From a virus (Duplodnaviria; Caudoviricetes), in IMG/VR virus record IMGVR_UViG_3300020420_000671: a stretch of 64,000 nt of DNA, one strand, 5' to 3'. Made by a program: the position numbers and the translations under genes. Positions 19,949-30,403 of this stretch are shown here, piece by piece (positions within the stretch are counted from its first letter, which is position 1; every line of letters starts with the position of its first letter). Under the pieces are notes generated by a model. It had not been told where the DNA came from and made no database searches. It saw only the letters and a list, made by a program, of their open reading frames with translations.

Positions 19949-20007
19949 GTAACTTATGTGCTACGCGATTAGGCACAATACAAAGGCTAATTTAAAGGAG
20001 GCTTATT

Positions 20008-20982
20008 ATGGCAACATTAGCAGAAATCAGAGCTAAACTGAAAGAACAAGAATCACGCACAGGTGGTTCACAAAGCTCCGGCGGGGACAACGCAATTTTT
20101 CCATTCTGGAATATGAAAGAAGGCGAAAGTTCAACACTTCGTTTCCTTCCTGATGGTGATGAATCAAATACATTTTTCTGGAAAGAACGTTTGATGATCA
20201 AACTGCCTTTCGCAGGTGTAAAGGGTGAGACTGACTCTCGTCCAGTACAAGTACAAGTTCCTTGTATGGAAATGTATGGTGATAGCTGTGAAATTCTTAA
20301 CGAAGTTCGTGGCTGGTTTAAAGATCCAAGTCTTGAAGACATGGGTCGTAAATATTGGAAGAAGAGATCATATATCTTCCAAGGATTTGTAACTGAAAAC
20401 GCATTAAGCGATGATACAACTCCTGAAAATCCAATTAGACGTTTTATTATTGGTCCACAGATTTTCCAAATCATCAAGCAGGCTCTTATGGATCCTGATA
20501 TGGAAGAACTGCCAACAGATTATACTGCTGGTTGTGATTTCCGTCTTAACAAAACTACAAAAGGCGGATATGCGGATTACTCAACTTCAAGTTGGGCAAG
20601 ACGTGAGCGTCCATTAAGTGATGCTGAAATGAAAGCCATAGAATCAAATGGTTTATTCAACTTGCCAGACTTCCTTCCGAAGAAACCTTCCGAAGTAGAA
20701 GTCAAAGTGATGAAAGAAATGTTTGAAGCGAGTGTCGATGGTGAAGCATACGACATGGATCGCTTTGGACAATACTTCCGTCCAGCTGGTATGTCTGCTA
20801 GAACAGGTGACCCTGTTGCTCAAAAGGCGGATACTAGCCCAAAGCAGGCAACGGCTCCAGTAGCAGAGACTCCCGTAGCAGAGGCTCCAAAAGCTGAAGC
20901 GCCGAAAGTTGAAGCAACAGCTCAACCAAGTGGAAAGGCAGAAGACATTCTTTCCATGATCAGAGCAAGACAACAAAACTAA
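20008..20982 (+). CDS. Single-stranded DNA-binding protein (T4 gp32-like)
   Basis: STLRFLPDGD, CMEMYGDSCEIL, KYWKKRSYIFQGFV, GPQIFQII, GCDFRLNKTTKGGYADYSTSSW. Has an AAAGGAGG RBS. Confidence 0.9.
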   Translation: MATLAEIRAKLKEQESRTGGSQSSGGDNAIFPFWNMKEGESSTLRFLPDGDESNTFFWKERLMIKLPFAGVKGETDSRPVQVQVPCMEMYGDSCEILNEVRGWFKDPSLEDMGRKYWKKRSYIFQGFVTENALSDDTTPENPIRRFIIGPQIFQIIKQALMDPDMEELPTDYTAGCDFRLNKTTKGGYADYSTSSWARRERPLSDAEMKAIESNGLFNLPDFLPKKPSEVEVKVMKEMFEASVDGEAYDMDRFGQYFRPAGMSARTGDPVAQKADTSPKQATAPVAETPVAEAPKAEAPKVEATAQPSGKAEDILSMIRARQQN

Positions 20983-20991
20983 AAATATATA

Positions 20992-21015
20992 CTTGTGGGG
21001 TTAATCCCCCACAAG
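20992..21015 (+). terminator. Intergenic hairpin between the ssb and uvsX genes
   Basis: CTTGTGGGG-TTAATC-CCCCACAAG, a 9-bp stem. There is no clean U tract, so it could be a weak terminator or a processing/stability element. Confidence 0.5.
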
Positions 21016-21033
21016 GCTATTTAAGGAGGTATT

Positions 21034-22092
21034 ATGGCAAAGGCATTTGATCCAAGTAAATTCAGAACGGCACTTACAAAAAGCATAACAGGCATGAGTG
21101 CTGGTTTTAATGATCCAACAGATTGGATCTCAACAGGAAATTACGCATTAAACTATTTGGTTAGCGGAGATTTCCACAAAGGCGTTCCACTAGGCAAGGT
21201 AACTGTATTCGCAGGTGAATCCGGTTCAGGTAAATCTTATTTTTGTGCTGGTAACATTATTAAGGCGGCACAAGAACAAGGAATCTTCGTTGTATTGGTA
21301 GATTCAGAGAACGCACTAGATCAAGACTGGTTAGAAAGACTTGATGTACAAACTAGCGAAGATAAACTATTGAAACTTAATATGTCAATGATTGATGACG
21401 TAGCAAAGACAGTTTCAACATTCATGACAGACTACAAAGCTATGAATGAAGAAGAACGTCCTAAAGTATTATTTGTAATTGATTCTTTAGGTATGTTGTT
21501 AACTCCAACAGATGTTGATCAGTTCCAAAAAGGTGATATGAAGGGTGATATGGGTAGAAAGCCTAAGGCACTTACATCGCTTGTTAGAAACTGCGTTAAC
21601 ATGTTCGGTAGTCATAATGTAGGATTGGTAGCAACAAATCATACGTATGCTTCGCAAGATATGTTTGATCCAGATGATAAGATATCAGGTGGACAAGGAT
21701 TTATCTATGCTAGTTCTATAGTTGTAGCTATGAAAAAACTAAAACTAAAAGAAGATGAAGACGGTAATAAAGTCAGTGACGTCCGTGGTATTAGAGCGGC
21801 TTGTAAAGTAATGAAAACAAGATATGCTAAACCTTTTGAAGGCGTACAGGTTAAGATTCCATATGAAAGAGGTATGGATCCTTACAGTGGACTTGTTGAC
21901 TTGTTTGAAAAACAAGGATTACTTGTCAAAGATGGAAATAGGCTAAAATATATTGATGGAAAAGGCGAAGAGCATAAAGAATATCGCAAGAACTGGACAG
22001 GTGAAATGTTAGATATGATTATGTCTAATTTAAACGCCAAAGATGATTCTGTGGTAAATACCAAGGTCGAAGAACCAGCTGAAACAGAATAG
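21034..22092 (+). CDS. uvsX: RecA/UvsX recombinase
   Basis: FAGESGSGKS P-loop, VDSENAL, FVIDSLG, NHTY, SGGQGFIYASS, KTRYAKPF. Confidence 0.95.
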   Translation: MAKAFDPSKFRTALTKSITGMSAGFNDPTDWISTGNYALNYLVSGDFHKGVPLGKVTVFAGESGSGKSYFCAGNIIKAAQEQGIFVVLVDSENALDQDWLERLDVQTSEDKLLKLNMSMIDDVAKTVSTFMTDYKAMNEEERPKVLFVIDSLGMLLTPTDVDQFQKGDMKGDMGRKPKALTSLVRNCVNMFGSHNVGLVATNHTYASQDMFDPDDKISGGQGFIYASSIVVAMKKLKLKEDEDGNKVSDVRGIRAACKVMKTRYAKPFEGVQVKIPYERGMDPYSGLVDLFEKQGLLVKDGNRLKYIDGKGEEHKEYRKNWTGEMLDMIMSNLNAKDDSVVNTKVEEPAETE

Positions 22093-22100
22093 GAGCAACA

Positions 22101-22340
22101 ATGGAATCAAGTATGATAGTCGATATTTGGAACACGTTCAAAGAAAGTATCGAGAAAAAACATATTGAAACAGTAGCAGAAAGATATGTAGATGTTTGTG
22201 CTGACTTTGGTACAGATGATACTGCCTTTAGAGATGCTATGGGAAATTGTGATAATTTAGATGCGGCAATTTCATATTACTTGGATATGGAAGACCCTGA
22301 AGATTATGACGAAAATGACCCAGAAAATTGGGACGACTAA
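22101..22340 (+). CDS. Small acidic hypothetical protein
   Basis: AGGAG RBS. The ORF fills the gap between uvsX and uvsY. Confidence 0.7.
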   Translation: MESSMIVDIWNTFKESIEKKHIETVAERYVDVCADFGTDDTAFRDAMGNCDNLDAAISYYLDMEDPEDYDENDPENWDD

Positions 22341-22796
22341 ATGGGTTACTACTCCACTGTAGCAAGAGACATTAGTAAGATTCCTGATGCTATACAACAC
22401 TTTGAAACAGAGTTAAGCGCCGCAAGAGTTGAAACAAAGCTCAAAGGCAACGTAGAACGTGCGGCGGCTGAACTTCCAGGTATTGTAGAACATCGATTCC
22501 AACAACTTCAAGAAATAGAAGCAATTTTAAACTACTTAAATATTGAATTGCGTAGATTACGTAGCTCATATTTTAAAAAATATTTAGAAAACTATCAAAG
22601 AGCCTTATCCAGTAGAGACGTTGAAAAATATGTTGATGGAGAAGCTGACGTAGTAGACTACGAAAAAATCATAAACGAATTTGCTCTTCTAAGAAATAAA
22701 TGGCTCGGCTTGCTTAAAGGACTTGACCAAAAACAATGGCAGATCACCAATGTAGTTAAGTTAAGAGTAGCAGGCATGGAAGATGCGTCATTATAA
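22341..22796 (+). CDS. uvsY: Recombination mediator UvsY-like
   Basis: FKKYLENYQRALSSRDVEKYVDGE, LKGLDQKQWQITNVVKLRVAG. Adjacent to uvsX. Confidence 0.8.
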   Translation: MGYYSTVARDISKIPDAIQHFETELSAARVETKLKGNVERAAAELPGIVEHRFQQLQEIEAILNYLNIELRRLRSSYFKKYLENYQRALSSRDVEKYVDGEADVVDYEKIINEFALLRNKWLGLLKGLDQKQWQITNVVKLRVAGMEDASL

Positions 22797-23556
22797 GTTC
22801 CAAGTTCCAGAAAATAGCAGAAAATTAAGAGGACAACTTTTCACATACCTATACAGTCTTTGTGATGTAAAAACTATCAGTGGTCCTGAAGATATAGAAA
22901 AAGACAGATATCTAGCATTTAGTCATCCTTTTGATGATTGGATATTTGACTATATTGTTAAAAACAAAGATCTAAATTTTTTCCATATAGATAACGGATA
23001 TATAGGTAACCATAGGCATAAAACACCTTGGCACTATAGAATAAGTTATAACTCTTTACAAAACACTAAAGTAAAAAAAGTATCTAGTAGCAGAACACAT
23101 CTTCTTGAAATTGATGACAGACTTTGGTCTGATGATTGGAATTTAGAAGGAGATTACAACCTGATTGTGCTACCCAACCAGTCCAATATATTTAAATACT
23201 TAGGAGAAGATTATGATACTTGGAAACGTCAAACATTGGATCATTATCAATCATTAAAAGTGCCTTGTAAGGTAAGAGAAAAACAAGGTAAGCGTAGAAA
23301 GAGATATGAAGAAATTTTACCTATGATGAGAAACGCAAAAAAGGTTATAACGTATCATAGCATGGCGGCTGTTGAAGCATTGTGTTTAGGAAAACCAATT
23401 GAGATACTAGGACAAAGTGCTGTTCAACACTGGCAAAACAAAACAAATTTTAATAGAAAGGAAATGTTAGAACACATAGCATGGAGCCAATTCAATAGAG
23501 ATGAATATACCAATGGCATAGCATGGGATCTAACATTTGAGTATCAGGTTAATTAA
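22783..23556 (+). CDS. KpsS/KpsC-like (Capsule_synth, GT-B) glycosyltransferase paralog 1
   Basis: FFHIDNGYI, VITYHSMAAVEALCLGKPIEILG, and C-terminal EHIAWSQFNRDE. Lacks the HP motif. Confidence 0.6.
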   Translation: MRHYKFQVPENSRKLRGQLFTYLYSLCDVKTISGPEDIEKDRYLAFSHPFDDWIFDYIVKNKDLNFFHIDNGYIGNHRHKTPWHYRISYNSLQNTKVKKVSSSRTHLLEIDDRLWSDDWNLEGDYNLIVLPNQSNIFKYLGEDYDTWKRQTLDHYQSLKVPCKVREKQGKRRKRYEEILPMMRNAKKVITYHSMAAVEALCLGKPIEILGQSAVQHWQNKTNFNRKEMLEHIAWSQFNRDEYTNGIAWDLTFEYQVN

Positions 23557-24236
23557 TGAGTTACGTTGAACTAGATGGTTGGAGAACTATACCTCAAGAC
23601 ATTTGTCTTAAAAGTGCTAAGAAACAAGGCAATGGAAAAATTGAGGAATATCAAAATTGGGAATTACAAACAGCAATTTCTCATTGTGCTAAACTTAGAA
23701 TAGCAGTAGATATAGGAGCTCACGTTGGAATAACTTCTTTTAGGTTGAGCCAATCATTTGAACATGTCCACGCTTATGAAGTAAACACAAAACTGTTACC
23801 CAGTCTATTATACAATTTAGACATGAAAAAAGTTATCAATGTAACTACTCATCCTGTTGGTCTTGGCGATACAGAAAAAGATGTAGACATTATTGAAACA
23901 CATAAAAGTTTTAGTACGCATATAGATCCTAATGCCACTAAAGGAAAATATAAAGTTAAAACGTTGGATTCTTTTAATTTACAAAATGTAGACTTTATTA
24001 AAATAGACGCAGAAGGATATGAGCCATTAATTGCTAAAGGAGCAATAGAGACTTTGAAGAGATGTAAACCAATAATTTTATACGAAAGAAAAGATCACCC
24101 TGCTAGATATGGTTTTGAAAGGGAAAGCATAAGAAGCGTACTTATGGATATAGGATATAGAATGGTTAGAAAATTAGGTAAAGGCGAAAAGAATGCCGTG
24201 CTGGCATATCGACCAGAAATGAGTCGTGATGTTTGA
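23556..24236 (+). CDS. FkbM-family SAM methyltransferase
   Basis: AVDIGAHVG, VHAYEVN, PVGLGD, VDFIKIDAEGYE. Confidence 0.9.
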   Translation: MSYVELDGWRTIPQDICLKSAKKQGNGKIEEYQNWELQTAISHCAKLRIAVDIGAHVGITSFRLSQSFEHVHAYEVNTKLLPSLLYNLDMKKVINVTTHPVGLGDTEKDVDIIETHKSFSTHIDPNATKGKYKVKTLDSFNLQNVDFIKIDAEGYEPLIAKGAIETLKRCKPIILYERKDHPARYGFERESIRSVLMDIGYRMVRKLGKGEKNAVLAYRPEMSRDV

Positions 24237-25077
24237 GCTTCCACAATTACACGGACATAATGTTCCTGATAAAGCAAAAGACATAATTTTTTTTAGTTGT
24301 GATTATGACTATTTTGATAGACACGGATACGCATTAGCCCAAAGTATAAACAGAACTATAGGTTGGATACATGTTCATTGCCATATAATAAATGAAGGTA
24401 ATATGAATCAAACAGTATTGGATCAATTATCTCTACATTATCCTTTCACGTATTCATATGAACATGTAAGTAAAGAATTATACAGTAATCTAAAGAAAAA
24501 TCATAAAAGAATGAAAGAAGGTCAAGATATATTTAAGACAGGTGATCATGACTACATTGCTAGGCGAACTTATCTAGCAAGTGCTAGATTCATGCGATTA
24601 TATGAAATTTTTCAAAAAGAAGACCAACATATATTTCAACTTGACTGCGATACAGTTTTAAGAAACGGTTTTCATCAAAAGGACTTTAGACAGATAGCAG
24701 AAAATGTTGCTGTGATGCCAAAGCCAAAAGATCCTGGAATCTTCATAGCCAGTGCCTTGTGTTTGGGTTTAGGAGATAAAGGTATAAGATTTAGAAAACT
24801 GTTTAGTAACAACATGATAGAAGCATTTACAAAAGAAATTTATTGGTTCGTTGATCAAGATGTTTTAAGAGATACAATGGCCGAATGGGCTAACATGGGA
24901 GAAACATTTGAATACATTCCTTATCAATGGAATGCTTGGGGACAAAAGAGATACGATATATTTTCCACAGGAAAAGGTAATAAAAAGAATGACAGAAGAT
25001 TCAAGGCGGCTCAAATGAATTGGCTTCCTGAACATTGGAAAGAGATAATTAAAAAAGAAGTTTTAAATTTACCGTAG
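24226..25077 (+). CDS. Putative GT-A glycosyltransferase
   Basis: QLDCDTVL (DxD), ASARFMRL, WFVDQDVL. Located in the glycan cluster. Confidence 0.55.
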   Translation: MMFELPQLHGHNVPDKAKDIIFFSCDYDYFDRHGYALAQSINRTIGWIHVHCHIINEGNMNQTVLDQLSLHYPFTYSYEHVSKELYSNLKKNHKRMKEGQDIFKTGDHDYIARRTYLASARFMRLYEIFQKEDQHIFQLDCDTVLRNGFHQKDFRQIAENVAVMPKPKDPGIFIASALCLGLGDKGIRFRKLFSNNMIEAFTKEIYWFVDQDVLRDTMAEWANMGETFEYIPYQWNAWGQKRYDIFSTGKGNKKNDRRFKAAQMNWLPEHWKEIIKKEVLNLP

Positions 25078-25080
25078 TAT

Positions 25081-25248
25081 ATGATTGAAGAAATAGAAAG
25101 TCCTTGTATTAATATTTGTACTATGGATCCTGATAGTGGACTATGTTTAGGTTGTAGTAGAACAGCAGATGAAATAGAAAAATGGGGAGACCCTAAAACA
25201 ACAAATGAATGGAAAATTAAAAACTTAGAAGAATTGGAAACAAGATGA
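25081..25248 (+). CDS. DUF1289-like small Cys-rich protein (not in the ORF track)
   Basis: MIEEIESPCINICTMDPDSGLCLGCSRTADEIEKW... (55 aa). Its TGA overlaps the next ATG. Confidence 0.8.
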   Translation: MIEEIESPCINICTMDPDSGLCLGCSRTADEIEKWGDPKTTNEWKIKNLEELETR

Positions 25249-25814
25249 CACAGGGTTACATTATATATCTGCCAGACTATCCTGATAGTGTTTCTATGGC
25301 AACACGGGCAATGGAGAGTGCTAAAAAGACTGGTTGGAATGTACAATTATACGAAGGTGTCAATGGTACGAATGTTAGATTAGAAGATTATAATTTAAGA
25401 CCATCGTTGGTTAATAAGAAGTGTCAAAGGTTATTAGAACGTCCTGGCACACAAGGTTGTTTTCTCAGTCAATACCTTTTATGGGAAAAATGTTTTGTAT
25501 CGCAAACACCATTATGTATATTCGAACATGATGTTATATTTAAAAGACCTATGGGAGAGATACAAGACTGTGATGTATATAAGTTTGAAGGTTTTAATAA
25601 AGCAAAACCTATAGCACCAGGCAATTGGTATGAAGGTGCTAGGGCATATCATTTGACTCCTATTGGTGCTAGAAAACTGCTAGACTGGGTATTTGCTAAT
25701 GGAGCCATGCCAGCAGATTGGATGTTGTGTGATGGTATTGTTGATATGAAATTTGATAAACATAACAAAGTTACATTTAAATCAGGAATGAGCTTTACAA
25801 AGGATCTACAATGA
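25245..25814 (+). CDS. GT25-like glycosyltransferase
   Basis: YIIYL, YEGVNG, GCFLSQYLLWEKC, IFEHDVIF, GARAYHLTPIGARKL, PADWML. Confidence 0.8.
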   Translation: MTQGYIIYLPDYPDSVSMATRAMESAKKTGWNVQLYEGVNGTNVRLEDYNLRPSLVNKKCQRLLERPGTQGCFLSQYLLWEKCFVSQTPLCIFEHDVIFKRPMGEIQDCDVYKFEGFNKAKPIAPGNWYEGARAYHLTPIGARKLLDWVFANGAMPADWMLCDGIVDMKFDKHNKVTFKSGMSFTKDLQ

Positions 25815-26596
25815 ATAGAATGATATATCAAGTAGCAGTTGGATCACAAAGCAAGTTATATCTACATTGTATAGAAAGTGTAAAAAAATATTGCGACAAA
25901 TATAATATTACGCATATAGTACAAAATGAACCTATTCTAAAAATACGTCCAGATGAAACTAGAACAGGTAGAAGTAAAGAAGCAGTAAACAGATTAGGAT
26001 ATCTTCCTATATACGAAAAAGAAAATGCTTTTACTCATTTAAATAATTACGATCAAATTGCTATTATAGATAGTGATATCTATATTAAGATAGATGCTCC
26101 TAATATATTTGATACACTTACGGAAGAGTATGCTTTTGGAGCAGTAGCAGAAAGAGAATTACCTTGTGCTAAAAAATATAAATCTAAGATAAGAAAGTAT
26201 TCAAAAGCGGCATTCGAACATTTAGATGATGTAAATTGGAAATGGAATCATTTAGGAGCAGAATTTTACAATATGGGGTTAATGGTAATCAATAGTAAAA
26301 AATTTTTGCCATACTTGAAAAACCAAACTCCAAAAGAATTTTTATCAAGATCAGAATTCAAAGACTTTGTAGACGGCGTTGGTTATAAAAAATGGTCAAC
26401 AGATCAAATGCTATTAAATTGGTGGGTCAAGAAAGAAAATATACCTACTAAAAATTTAGATTGGAGATACAACGGCCTGTACAAAGGAATAGAAGACAAC
26501 AGACTATCAGAAGCATTTTTTGTACATTTTTTCCTAAAAGATCTGCTTCCTGAAAGAGGAGAAAACGTTTCAACACTAATGGAGGCAATCAAATGA
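25811..26596 (+). CDS. GT8-like glycosyltransferase
   Basis: IAIIDSDIYI (DxD), FYNMGLMVIN, TDQMLLNW, LDWRYN, FVHF. Confidence 0.75.
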   Translation: MNRMIYQVAVGSQSKLYLHCIESVKKYCDKYNITHIVQNEPILKIRPDETRTGRSKEAVNRLGYLPIYEKENAFTHLNNYDQIAIIDSDIYIKIDAPNIFDTLTEEYAFGAVAERELPCAKKYKSKIRKYSKAAFEHLDDVNWKWNHLGAEFYNMGLMVINSKKFLPYLKNQTPKEFLSRSEFKDFVDGVGYKKWSTDQMLLNWWVKKENIPTKNLDWRYNGLYKGIEDNRLSEAFFVHFFLKDLLPERGENVSTLMEAIK

Positions 26597-27129
26597 ACGT
26601 AAACGAGTTTGGTCACTGTAAGGACCTAAAACAGTTTTATAATGAAATAAGAGAATTTTATCGTAGTCATTATAAAGATGATTTTTTAAGATACTACGAT
26701 ACTTTACAAAAACTCGCAGGTGAATGTAGTAGCTATAGAGAGCTAGGAGTAATGCAGGGTGGATCGGCCGCGGCTGTGCTGTCAGGTAATGCTAACATAA
26801 AAGCAGAGTTAATAGACAGGAGTTTCCAACATCTTAATAACCATAAACATGTGTTCAACGGATACAATGTTTCGTTTGTTGAAAGTGATTCACTTGTATG
26901 TCCGGTAAATGAATGCGAGATGACACTTATTGATAGTATGCATCATTACAAACACGTTAATAAAGAAATACGTAGATATGAAAATAGTGTTTCAAAATAT
27001 TTGGTATTCCATGATAGCAATTATCATGAAATAAAGAGAGCCATTGACGAATGTGTTGCTAGAGGAAAATTCAAGATCAATATTCTAGATGATAAAAGCT
27101 ATGGATATTGTGTGTTAGAGAGAAGATAA
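26593..27129 (+). CDS. Class I SAM methyltransferase (Methyltransf_24-like)
   Basis: ELGVMQGGSA, TLIDSMHHY, YLVFHDS. Confidence 0.7.
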   Translation: MNVNEFGHCKDLKQFYNEIREFYRSHYKDDFLRYYDTLQKLAGECSSYRELGVMQGGSAAAVLSGNANIKAELIDRSFQHLNNHKHVFNGYNVSFVESDSLVCPVNECEMTLIDSMHHYKHVNKEIRRYENSVSKYLVFHDSNYHEIKRAIDECVARGKFKINILDDKSYGYCVLERR

Positions 27130-27914
27130 TGAAACACGTTGTAATGAGATATATGAGCACAAGGATCAAGGATCTTCCTTATGGGTGTCCTGGATTTGGA
27201 GATATTGTACACTCAACGTTGTTAACATATAATTACGGACAAGCCTTTAACGAACAAGCAACATTACACATAGCAGGGCATCAGTACAATAGGGATAAGC
27301 CTACAACATGGACGGAAGTAATAAATTTATTTCCCAAAGATAGTGTACACCTAAAATGGTATAGATATAAGTCTGATACTAATCAGGATCAAGGATTTTT
27401 TGATTTAGTAAAACAAGAACATCCAGACGCAGTTTTACATTATTACGAAAAGTATCCTGGTAAGATACAAAAAGTTATTCAGCCAAGTTTTTATGTTGAC
27501 GAATACATGAAATCGTATCCATGTTTAAAACCAGAATGTCCTTATCCAGAAGCAGAAAAAAGTTTGTTACCAGAAAAATTTGTTACAGTTCAAGTAGATG
27601 CCGGTAGTAAAAAACGTATGCTGAAACCGCATCAAATGAATAACATTTTAAATTTTTGGATTACAAAAGGATACAAGCCTATATATCTAGGAGGGCAGGC
27701 TTCACATCCATTATTACAAAGAGCACCAATGGCAGGGTATGCTATGAGTAAAGCTAGGGCACATATTGGTGTAGACAGTGGTTATATGCACTTGGCTCAA
27801 TGTTTCTTTAAGCCGGAGGACATATACATATATACTAACAGACCATGGGATAAATGGGAACATCATTTAAAGATGTTTAAAGATAACGGGGTTAATATAA
27901 ATGAATACTATTAA
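27129..27914 (+). CDS. GT9 (heptosyltransferase-like) glycosyltransferase
   Basis: GFGDIVHS and AHIGVDSGYMHLAQ (the GT9 DSGxMH motif). Start at 27129 gives TAATG coupling. Confidence 0.7.
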   Translation: MKHVVMRYMSTRIKDLPYGCPGFGDIVHSTLLTYNYGQAFNEQATLHIAGHQYNRDKPTTWTEVINLFPKDSVHLKWYRYKSDTNQDQGFFDLVKQEHPDAVLHYYEKYPGKIQKVIQPSFYVDEYMKSYPCLKPECPYPEAEKSLLPEKFVTVQVDAGSKKRMLKPHQMNNILNFWITKGYKPIYLGGQASHPLLQRAPMAGYAMSKARAHIGVDSGYMHLAQCFFKPEDIYIYTNRPWDKWEHHLKMFKDNGVNINEYY

Positions 27915-28392
27915 GTATGACGGAAAAGAATATTTAGAATTACAATCAAAAGGTTATGCGGCACAATATGCGTTTCCGTTTGCTAAACAAATACTAACAG
28001 GAAAAGGATTAGACATAGGACCTAACAGAGAAGAATGGTCGTTTCCTGGATCAAGAATGATTGATCTCGTAATACCTGATGAGTATGATGCTTTTAATTT
28101 ACCTAATGAAAAGTTTGATTATATATTTTCTTCACATTGTTTAGAACATTTAAATGATTGGGTTGGAGCACTCAACCACTGGTCCACTAGATTACACAAA
28201 GGCGGAATAATCTTTTTATATCTTCCACACCCAGATCAAAGATATTGGAAGCCTTGGAATAATAGAAAACATGTTCATATACTTGAGCCAAAACACATTG
28301 AAGACTATTTTAACTCAAAGAAATTTTCAAAAGTTTTTGTTACGCACGGATATGATCTAAATCATTCTTACTACGCTGTTGCTGAACTTTAA
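27901..28392 (+). CDS. Class I SAM methyltransferase (type 11-like)
   Basis: GLDIGP, FDYIFSSHCLEHL, LHKGGIIFLYLPH. Confidence 0.85.
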   Translation: MNTIKYDGKEYLELQSKGYAAQYAFPFAKQILTGKGLDIGPNREEWSFPGSRMIDLVIPDEYDAFNLPNEKFDYIFSSHCLEHLNDWVGALNHWSTRLHKGGIIFLYLPHPDQRYWKPWNNRKHVHILEPKHIEDYFNSKKFSKVFVTHGYDLNHSYYAVAEL

Positions 28393-28410
28393 TGAGAGAC
28401 AGATTAAAAA

Positions 28411-29103
28411 ATGAGATTAGCAGTTTGTATATCCGGTGTTAATAACAAGAACAGTCGTATTGTAAAGTTCTTAAAAGAAAAAATTCCAGAAGCAACATAT
28501 TTTTATCATACTTTTTCAAACAAAACAAATTTGATCGATAAAGAATTACATGATAACCTATTTACGATGCACTATCCTAAGTGGCATTATCATCCTATGG
28601 AAGTGCCAAATATATGTAAACACGGAAAGTTTAAAAAATATGTAGAACAAAAGTTAAGTTGGGACAAGTTATATTTTGGCACAGTTCCAATTTTACAACA
28701 TTGTGATTTATTACGTAAGATTCCAAAAGAATACAATTTAATAATTAGATGTGACTGGAACACACAGATAGATAGACAGGTTGATTTACATCATTGGTAT
28801 AGAAAAGCATTTGAACAAGGGCCTATTGGCTTTATGGTTAGAGATAATAGAGGACCAAATTTTGGCTCAGGTAAACTACAAGAACTACCAAAAGACGAAA
28901 ATGATATTAATAACGATTGGTTTCATTTTTTACCTAGTAGCTTGATAATACATCATAGAAAACATTTTGATGTAAAACAAGTAACACAATTAGACAAGAA
29001 CTGTGAGCTACTGCCTAATGAGTGGGGTTGGTATCAAGTGTTAAGTGCTCCTTATGGTGGGATTCACACCAGTGTACATGGTTTTGCTAAAGAGCTTAAA
29101 TAA
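28411..29103 (+). CDS. Hypothetical protein, possibly glycosyltransferase-like
   Basis: MRLAVCISG start and YNLIIRCDW resemble viral GT-like proteins. Support is mainly contextual. Confidence 0.4.
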   Translation: MRLAVCISGVNNKNSRIVKFLKEKIPEATYFYHTFSNKTNLIDKELHDNLFTMHYPKWHYHPMEVPNICKHGKFKKYVEQKLSWDKLYFGTVPILQHCDLLRKIPKEYNLIIRCDWNTQIDRQVDLHHWYRKAFEQGPIGFMVRDNRGPNFGSGKLQELPKDENDINNDWFHFLPSSLIIHHRKHFDVKQVTQLDKNCELLPNEWGWYQVLSAPYGGIHTSVHGFAKELK

Positions 29104-29118
29104 CATGGAGAAAAGATT

Positions 29119-29727
29119 ATGAATCTACAAGAAGTTTTTGTAAAACATAAATGTGATAAAGGAATCAAACATAGATATTGGGAACTTTATCAAGAAGATT
29201 TTACAAAACACAAAGACGATCCAATTAATATATTAGAAATAGGTACTTTCAAAGGTGAAAGCACAAATGCGTGGTTAGAATATTTTTCACAGGCAAAAAT
29301 TTACACTATAGATACATTTGAAAGAGTACAAGCTAAAGATTTGCCTTGTTTGGAAGATCACAGAGTACAATGGGCACAACTAGATAGCACATCAGAAAAT
29401 TGTAACAATCATTTTAAAAATCAAGGAATAAAGTTTGATATTATTATAGACGACGGTTTACATACGCCTGAAGGGCAAAGACTAACATTTGAAAGACTGT
29501 TTGAATTCTTAAAACCAACAGGTAGTTATTATATAGAAGATGTATGGATGCTAGACAAGGTTGATCGAAATCATCATTGGATCACCAGTCATCCAAACGA
29601 CTTCACAATGGACAAATACAACAAACTTATAAGTGTCATTTCTGAACACGCAGTTACACATCACAACTTCAGCAGTAAGACAGTACCAGATAGTTATATA
29701 TTAAAAGTGAAATGGAAGCATTCGTAA
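29119..29727 (+). CDS. Class I SAM O-methyltransferase (MycE/sugar O-MT-like)
   Basis: ILEIGTFKGES, IYTID, FDIIIDDGLH, YYIEDV. Confidence 0.85.
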   Translation: MNLQEVFVKHKCDKGIKHRYWELYQEDFTKHKDDPINILEIGTFKGESTNAWLEYFSQAKIYTIDTFERVQAKDLPCLEDHRVQWAQLDSTSENCNNHFKNQGIKFDIIIDDGLHTPEGQRLTFERLFEFLKPTGSYYIEDVWMLDKVDRNHHWITSHPNDFTMDKYNKLISVISEHAVTHHNFSSKTVPDSYILKVKWKHS

Positions 29728-30383
29728 TATACATTCAAGGCCATGAGGATAGTGAAAAGTTTTCTGACCGATGTGTACAAAGTATAATCGATACTGAATC
29801 AGAACTTGATATAATAAAATTTCCTGCTATCACTCCGGAAAACATGTGGAAAGTGAATTACACTTGGCCACTACGTAAAAAACGTTTATGTGAAAAAACA
29901 AACTTATTGCTTTCTGCCTATAAAACATACGACAACAACAAACGAATTGCCGCCGCTCAAAGCCATTACATGCTTTGGCGTAAATGTGTTACGCTTGATA
30001 AACCAATATTAATATTAGAACATGATGCTATCTTTATAAAGAAATTTGACATGAAGATATTGGACTGGTGGCCTGGTGAAGGTGCCGTCAGTATTAACAA
30101 TCCTATAGGGGCAACCTTTGGATCAAAAGAGTATGATGCTAAATTAGATAACGGTATTAACGAAGTTCCTTGGTTGGTTGACAAAAACATACCACAAGGT
30201 CTACCTGGTAATAGTGCCTATGTACTTTATCCAGATGCGGCAAAGGAACTAATTAGATTACAGGAAGAAATAGGTTGGTGGCCTAATGACGCTATTATGT
30301 GTAAGCAACTTTGTCCGTGGATTAGATGTTATAAGCCTTACATAACTAAATGCCAAGGTATCAAATCAACAACCAGTAAGTAA
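29712..30383 (+). CDS. GT25-like glycosyltransferase
   Basis: AAAQSHYMLWRKC, ILILEHDAIF, GNSAYVLYPDAAKEL, PNDAIM. Confidence 0.8.
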   Translation: MEAFVIYIQGHEDSEKFSDRCVQSIIDTESELDIIKFPAITPENMWKVNYTWPLRKKRLCEKTNLLLSAYKTYDNNKRIAAAQSHYMLWRKCVTLDKPILILEHDAIFIKKFDMKILDWWPGEGAVSINNPIGATFGSKEYDAKLDNGINEVPWLVDKNIPQGLPGNSAYVLYPDAAKELIRLQEEIGWWPNDAIMCKQLCPWIRCYKPYITKCQGIKSTTSK

Positions 30384-30403
30384 AAGCAAATATAAGTATA
30401 GTT

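Noticed and set aside
20992-21015. Hairpin as a gp32-type autoregulatory pseudoknot
   Set aside because: It lies downstream, not upstream, of the ssb gene, and no second pairing is evident.
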